Below the pieces are notes generated by a model. That model ran no database searches and was not told where the DNA came from. It saw nothing but the letters and a program-made list of their open reading frames with translations. A program made the position numbers and the translations under genes. From a bacterium UBP10_UBA1149 (GTDB lineage: Bacteria > Desulfobacterota > Binatia > UBA1149), in the NCBI GenBank assembly GCA_002311335.1, contig DBZX01000055.1:1-45679 (forward strand): a stretch of 45,679 nucleotides of DNA. The letters run 5' to 3'. Shown one piece after another: positions 41,995 to 45,679 of this stretch (the stretch's first letter is position 1; every line of letters begins with the position of its first letter).

Positions 41995-43725
41995 ATGGCT
42001 TACCAGGTACTTGCAAGAAGATGGCGACCCAGGACCTTTGCCGAGGTCGTGGGCCAGCCGCACGTTACCCGCACCCTCGGTTCGGCCCTCGAGCGCGACC
42101 GAGTGGGACACGCGTTTCTGTTTACCGGCGTGCGTGGCGTGGGCAAGACCACGGTGGCCCGCTTGCTGGCGAGGGCTCTCAACTGTTCCGAGCGCAAGGG
42201 AGCCGAGCCCTGTAACCAGTGCCCGCCTTGCACCCAGGCGCTGGCCGACGCGTCGGTCGACGTCCTCGAGATCGACGGTGCATCGAATAACAGCGTGGAC
42301 GACGTTCGCGCCATAATCGAGGCTTCGGCTTACCGGCCGGCGGGTTCGCGCTACCGCGTTTACATAATCGACGAGGTGCACCAGCTCTCCAAGGGTGCTT
42401 TTAACGCATTGCTCAAGCTGCTCGAGGAGCCGCCGGATCATGTGCGCTTCATCATGGCCACCACCGAGATCCAGAAGATGCCGGCAACCGTGTTATCGCG
42501 CTGCCAGCGTTTCGACTTTCGGCGCATATCGATGACCGACCTGGTAGGGCATCTTGCGCACGTGGCCGAGGTCGACAAGCTTGGTGTTGGTCTTGACGCC
42601 ATTGAGCTGTTGAGCCGCGAGGCCGACGGCAGCATGCGCGATGCCCAGTCGCTGCTGGAGCAGGTAGTCGCGTCGGGCGAAGAAAAAATGGACGCGGCCT
42701 TCGTGTCTGATTTTCTCGGCATAGCCGGGCGCGACTCGGTGGCCGCAGTTGTCGAAGGCATACTCGATGCTGACTGTGCCCGGGTGGTGGAGCTGGCGGC
42801 ACTTTGCCGCGATCGCGGCTACGATACTTCGAACCTGCTGCTGCGGGTCATGGAGCTGCTGCGCTACGTGACCATAGCGGCCTCGGCCGGTGTCGAGGCT
42901 GTGCCCCGCGGAGCCGGCGACGACTATCGACAGCTGGCCGAACGCCTTGCCGACCGGCGCAGCACCCTCGACCTTCATCGCGTGTTTCAGTGCCTGCTCA
43001 AGACCGCCTCGCAGTTGCGGGGCTCGGAATCTCCCGAGCTGGTGCTGGAGATGGGACTGCTGCAGGTGGCCTCGCTCGAGCCGGTGGCCATGGCCGCAGA
43101 GCTGCTCGAAGGCCTGCGCGGTGGGGCCGAAATCCCGCCGCCTGCAGCCCAGGGGAAGCCGCAAAGTTCGAAGGCTACCGCGCCTAAAGCCACCACTCGG
43201 AAGGCTGCCAGTCCGAAAGATCCCGCCCCCGAAGAGGCGGCGCCCCCGCTGGGAACGCCGGTTGCGCAGGAGGCTGCAGGGCAGGAGGCGCCCGGGACAG
43301 AGAGCGCTGCGGCAGCCGCGGAAGGCAGTCACGGCGAGCGCTGGGAAGGCTTCCTGGCCTCGGTGCAGAACAAGGCAGGCATTGATCTCTACGTGTTGCT
43401 TACCAACTGCGAGGTGTTGCAGCTCGACGCCCACAAGCTCACCATCAAGCCGCAGCTGTCTGGCTACCTGCGCAGGCTGGAAGAAAAAGAACTCAGGGGC
43501 CGGGTTCTCGACCTGGCCCGGGAACACTTCGGCGCCGAGTTGGAGCTCGAAGTACTGGGCCTCAACAGCTCGCGTGTCGCCGATTCTTTTTCTGTCAAGA
43601 CGCTCGAAGCAGGTCGCGACAGCGAGACCGAGGCGCAAGCCCGCGAGGATCCGTTGGTCAAGGCTGCCCAGGAAATATTGCAGGGGCGCATCGAGAAAGT
43701 TACGCGGCTGGACCAGTCGGATTGA
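41995..43725 (+). CDS. dnaX: DNA polymerase III subunit gamma/tau
   Basis: Start set at MAYQVLARRWRPRTFAEVVGQ.HV...L. Walker A: GVRGVGKTT. Zinc module: C..C..C. Also DVLEIDGASNN, YIIDEVHQLS and SRCQRFDF, followed by a low-complexity Ala/Pro linker and a tau C-terminal domain. Confidence 0.95.
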   Translation: MAYQVLARRWRPRTFAEVVGQPHVTRTLGSALERDRVGHAFLFTGVRGVGKTTVARLLARALNCSERKGAEPCNQCPPCTQALADASVDVLEIDGASNNSVDDVRAIIEASAYRPAGSRYRVYIIDEVHQLSKGAFNALLKLLEEPPDHVRFIMATTEIQKMPATVLSRCQRFDFRRISMTDLVGHLAHVAEVDKLGVGLDAIELLSREADGSMRDAQSLLEQVVASGEEKMDAAFVSDFLGIAGRDSVAAVVEGILDADCARVVELAALCRDRGYDTSNLLLRVMELLRYVTIAASAGVEAVPRGAGDDYRQLAERLADRRSTLDLHRVFQCLLKTASQLRGSESPELVLEMGLLQVASLEPVAMAAELLEGLRGGAEIPPPAAQGKPQSSKATAPKATTRKAASPKDPAPEEAAPPLGTPVAQEAAGQEAPGTESAAAAAEGSHGERWEGFLASVQNKAGIDLYVLLTNCEVLQLDAHKLTIKPQLSGYLRRLEEKELRGRVLDLAREHFGAELELEVLGLNSSRVADSFSVKTLEAGRDSETEAQAREDPLVKAAQEILQGRIEKVTRLDQSD

Positions 43726-43759
43726 TGTCAGATCCCGATACCAGGAGAAACTGATCACT

Positions 43760-44095
43760 ATGGCAGAACTTGGAATGCTCGACATGATGAAGCAGGCGCG
43801 CAACCTGCAGAAAGAAATGGGCCGCATGCAGGAGCGTGCCGAAAAACAGCGTGCCACGGCCGACGCCGGCGGGGGCATGGTTACAGTGACGGTGAATGGC
43901 CGCATGCAACTGCTCGAGCTGAAGATCGAAGACGCGCTGGCGGGTTCGGGCGACGCCCGCATGATGGAGGACCTGGTGCTGGCCGCCGTGAACGAGGCGC
44001 TGCGCAAGGTGCAGGCAGCGTTGGCCGAAGAGATGCAGAAAGTAACCGGCGGCCTTAACATTCCCGGCCTCAATATTCCCGGACTCAAGGGCTGA
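43760..44095 (+). CDS. ybaB: YbaB/EbfC family nucleoid-associated protein
   Basis: 111 aa: MAELGMLDMMKQARNLQKEMGRMQERAEK...GGGMVTVTVNGRMQLLELKIED...MMEDLVLAAVNEALRKVQ...LNIPGLNIPGLKG. It holds the conserved position between dnaX and recR. In the track it is hidden inside the 401-aa ORF 42890..44095. Confidence 0.9.
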   Translation: MAELGMLDMMKQARNLQKEMGRMQERAEKQRATADAGGGMVTVTVNGRMQLLELKIEDALAGSGDARMMEDLVLAAVNEALRKVQAALAEEMQKVTGGLNIPGLNIPGLKG

Positions 44096-44105
44096 GGCGC
44101 GCGGC

Positions 44106-44702
44106 TTGGCCTACACTCCTGCCCTCGAACGCCTGGTCCAGTTGCTCGCGCGCCTGCCCGGCATAGGCGAGAAGACCGCCTCACGCCTGGCTTTCTTCGT
44201 GCTCGCTGCCGACAATGGCTACGCGGCTGATCTTTCTGACGCCATAGCACGGGTAAAGAGCGACACGCGTTTCTGCTCCCTGTGCTTCGGGCTGACCGAG
44301 GACGACCCTTGCTCAATATGCAGCAGCCCCGAGAGGAGGCACGACCTGGTCTGCGTGGTCGAGGAGCCGTCGGACCTGCTGGCGATCGAGCGCAGTCACG
44401 GTTTTGAGGGACTCTACCACGTGCTGCAGGGGGCGATTTCGCCGCTCGATGGCCGTGGCCCCGAGCAGTTACGCATTCGCGAACTCTTGGCCCGGCTGGA
44501 TGGAGACGGGGTAACTGAGCTCGTGGTTGCAACCAATCCCACGGTGGAGGGCGAGGCCACGGCCGTGTACCTGGCCCGCCTGGTAAAGCCGATGGGCATA
44601 ACGGTGAGCCGCATCGCCCACGGCATACCGGTGGGTGGCACCCTGGAGTACACCGACAACGTGACCGTCAGCCGCGCGCTCGAAGGCCGCCGCGAAATGT
44701 AG
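44106..44702 (+). CDS. recR: recombination protein RecR
   Basis: TTG start. HhH motif LARLPGIGEKTASRLAFF. C4 zinc finger: C..C......C.IC. Toprim segment: VCVVEEPSDLLAIE, plus VATNPTVEGEATAVYL. Confidence 0.95.
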   Translation: MAYTPALERLVQLLARLPGIGEKTASRLAFFVLAADNGYAADLSDAIARVKSDTRFCSLCFGLTEDDPCSICSSPERRHDLVCVVEEPSDLLAIERSHGFEGLYHVLQGAISPLDGRGPEQLRIRELLARLDGDGVTELVVATNPTVEGEATAVYLARLVKPMGITVSRIAHGIPVGGTLEYTDNVTVSRALEGRREM

Positions 44703-44754
44703 CTTCGCTCCGCGGCTGGCCCCAGGTCGGCCAGCAGCAGTATACGGGCGGCGC

Positions 44755-44789
44755 TTGACAGACCGGACCAGCGGCGATAATCATTCTCA
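44755..44789 (+). promoter_or_regulatory. putative promoter (TTGACA / GATAAT) overlapped by a Fur-type 7-1-7 box
   Basis: TTGACA at 44755-44760 and GATAAT at 44776-44781, with a short 15-nt spacer. cGATAATcATTcTCA (44775-44789) matches the Fur 7-1-7 consensus TGATAATNATTATCA at 12 of 14 defined positions, by hand count. The Fur-family ATG is at 44796. Confidence 0.5.
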
Positions 44790-44795
44790 AAAGCG

Positions 44796-45245
44796 ATGGA
44801 AGCTGAGCAACAACAGACTGTTTTGACTAAAACTACTTCTGTGGCCAGGGCTTTTGCCGAAGCCGAGCTGCGGTCCACAGTGCAGCGCCGGGTCCTCTAC
44901 CGCGAGCTCCGCGACCGATCGGACCATCCCGACGCCGAGGCCCTGTTCGCCGCCGTCAAGCAACGGCTTCCCGATGTTTCGCTGGCGACGGTATACCGCA
45001 ACCTGCGTTTGTTCGTGGAGGCCGGCATGGCCACCGAGCTTAAGGTAGAAGGGAGCAGCTCCCGTTGGGATGGTAACACGCACCGACACCATCACCTTCT
45101 CTGCAGTGCGTGTGGTGACGTGAGTGACTTTTTCAGCGAGGAACTCGACCAGCTTGGTGATTCGCTCAAGCTGGACTCAGGCTTCGAGGTGCAGGGCCTG
45201 GACGTTCGCGTAACCGGCCTGTGCGGCGATTGCCGGGCGCCTTAG
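44796..45245 (+). CDS. Fur-family metalloregulator (Fur/PerR-like)
   Basis: 149 aa. A winged-helix segment (RRVLYRELRDRSDHPDAEALFAAVKQRLPDVSLATVYRNLRLFVEAG) is followed by HRHHHLLCSACG...GLCGDC, giving the two CxxC pairs and His cluster of the Fur family. It lies next to rubrerythrin, which suggests PerR, but the upstream box looks more Fur-like. Confidence 0.85.
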   Translation: MEAEQQQTVLTKTTSVARAFAEAELRSTVQRRVLYRELRDRSDHPDAEALFAAVKQRLPDVSLATVYRNLRLFVEAGMATELKVEGSSSRWDGNTHRHHHLLCSACGDVSDFFSEELDQLGDSLKLDSGFEVQGLDVRVTGLCGDCRAP

Positions 45246-45311
45246 AGCTGCTGAAACCCAGAGAACCAGAAATACGAAACATAGAAACGAAGGAGCAAGG
45301 AGAGCAACAAG

Positions 45312-45679
45312 ATGGCTGATTTAAAAGGAACAGGAACATTGGACAACCTCAAGGCGGCTTTCGCCGGTGAGTCGCAGGCAAACAGGCGGTATCTCTACTT
45401 CGCCAAGCAGGCCGACGTGGAGGGCTACCCCGTGATCGCGGGCAACTTTCGCGAGACCGCCGAGGGTGAGACCGGCCACGCGCACGGACACCTCGACTAC
45501 ATCAAGACCGTCGGCGACCCGGCCACCGACCTTCCCATAGGCGACACGGCCAGCATGCTGGCCGCTGCCGTGGCAGGCGAGACCTACGAGTACACCGACA
45601 TGTACCCGGGCATGGCCAAGACGGCGCGCGAAGAGGGCTTCGACGAGATAGCCGACTGGTTCGAGACCCTGGCCAAGGC
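45312..45679 (+). CDS. rbr: rubrerythrin (5' part; continues beyond the window)
   Basis: ATG 45312 follows [53 protein letters not shown]...[11 protein letters not shown]...[12 protein letters not shown]...AREEGF. The E..H diiron motifs are typical of rubrerythrin. The frame is still open at the window end. Confidence 0.9.
   Translation, partial: MADLKGTGTLDNLKAAFAGESQANRRYLYFAKQADVEGYPVIAGNFRETAEGETGHAHGHLDYIKTVGDPATDLPIGDTASMLAAAVAGETYEYTDMYPGMAKTAREEGFDEIADWFETLAK

Noticed and set aside
42683-42688. A6 run in dnaX as a programmed -1 frameshift site producing gamma
   Set aside because: The run is not a canonical A AAA AAG heptamer. A -1 shift here would terminate about 9 codons later at about residue 240, inside the ATPase/clamp-loader core and far too early for a functional gamma subunit.
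42493-44532. 679-aa minus-strand ORF spanning dnaX-ybaB-recR, and the 401-aa + ORF 42890..44095
   Set aside because: The first is antisense to three conserved housekeeping genes. The second is an off-frame run through dnaX that happens to share its frame with the real 111-aa ybaB at its 3' end.

Overview
High-GC bacterial chromosomal window, roughly two-thirds G+C by eye. All calls come from reading the sequence and the ORF track. Family names (Pfam/TIGRFAM) are recalled from motifs; no search was run. I count about 33 protein genes and one tRNA. I found no rRNA, CRISPR array, transposase or integrase. Gene content: (i) housekeeping blocks hflK-hflC and dnaX-ybaB-recR, then a Fur-family regulator plus rubrerythrin; (ii) scattered CoA and aldehyde metabolism genes (CaiB-type CoA-transferase/racemase, aldehyde dehydrogenase, amidase, enoyl-CoA hydratase, SDR, HAD); (iii) envelope genes (phosphate-type porin, ceramidase-family membrane protein, LolA-like protein, MMPL/RND exporter, DUF1329); (iv) a translationally coupled sensor operon (two orphan periplasmic binding proteins, a TonB-dependent receptor, a HAMP histidine kinase) lying divergent to a CHASE-PAS histidine kinase; (v) three very large secreted proteins carrying Myxococcus-type cysteine-rich repeats (CGDG...E.CDDGN...DGCS..C), about a quarter of the window. 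These repeats, the rubrerythrin and apparent selenocysteine use suggest a Myxococcota or Deltaproteobacteria-like organism. Most notable observation: the ArsC gene is not truncated as the ORF track implies. It has an in-frame TGA exactly at the catalytic Cys12 position, with a SECIS-like hairpin 11 nt downstream, so it is a probable selenoprotein. Other items: the sensor operon has no ABC permease/ATPase and no response regulator nearby; a (GCGT)n alternating purine-pyrimidine tract sits just upstream of the giant protease gene; an AT-rich islet of about 1.1 kb carries a His-tailed HupE/UreJ gene next to the 3' end of tRNA-Ser(GGA); a Fur-type 7-1-7 box overlaps the promoter of the Fur-family gene; a ceramidase/LolA-like/MMPL lipid-type locus; and two unusually long intergenic regions. 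Many long ORFs in the track are antisense or off-frame shadows typical of high-GC DNA and were rejected.
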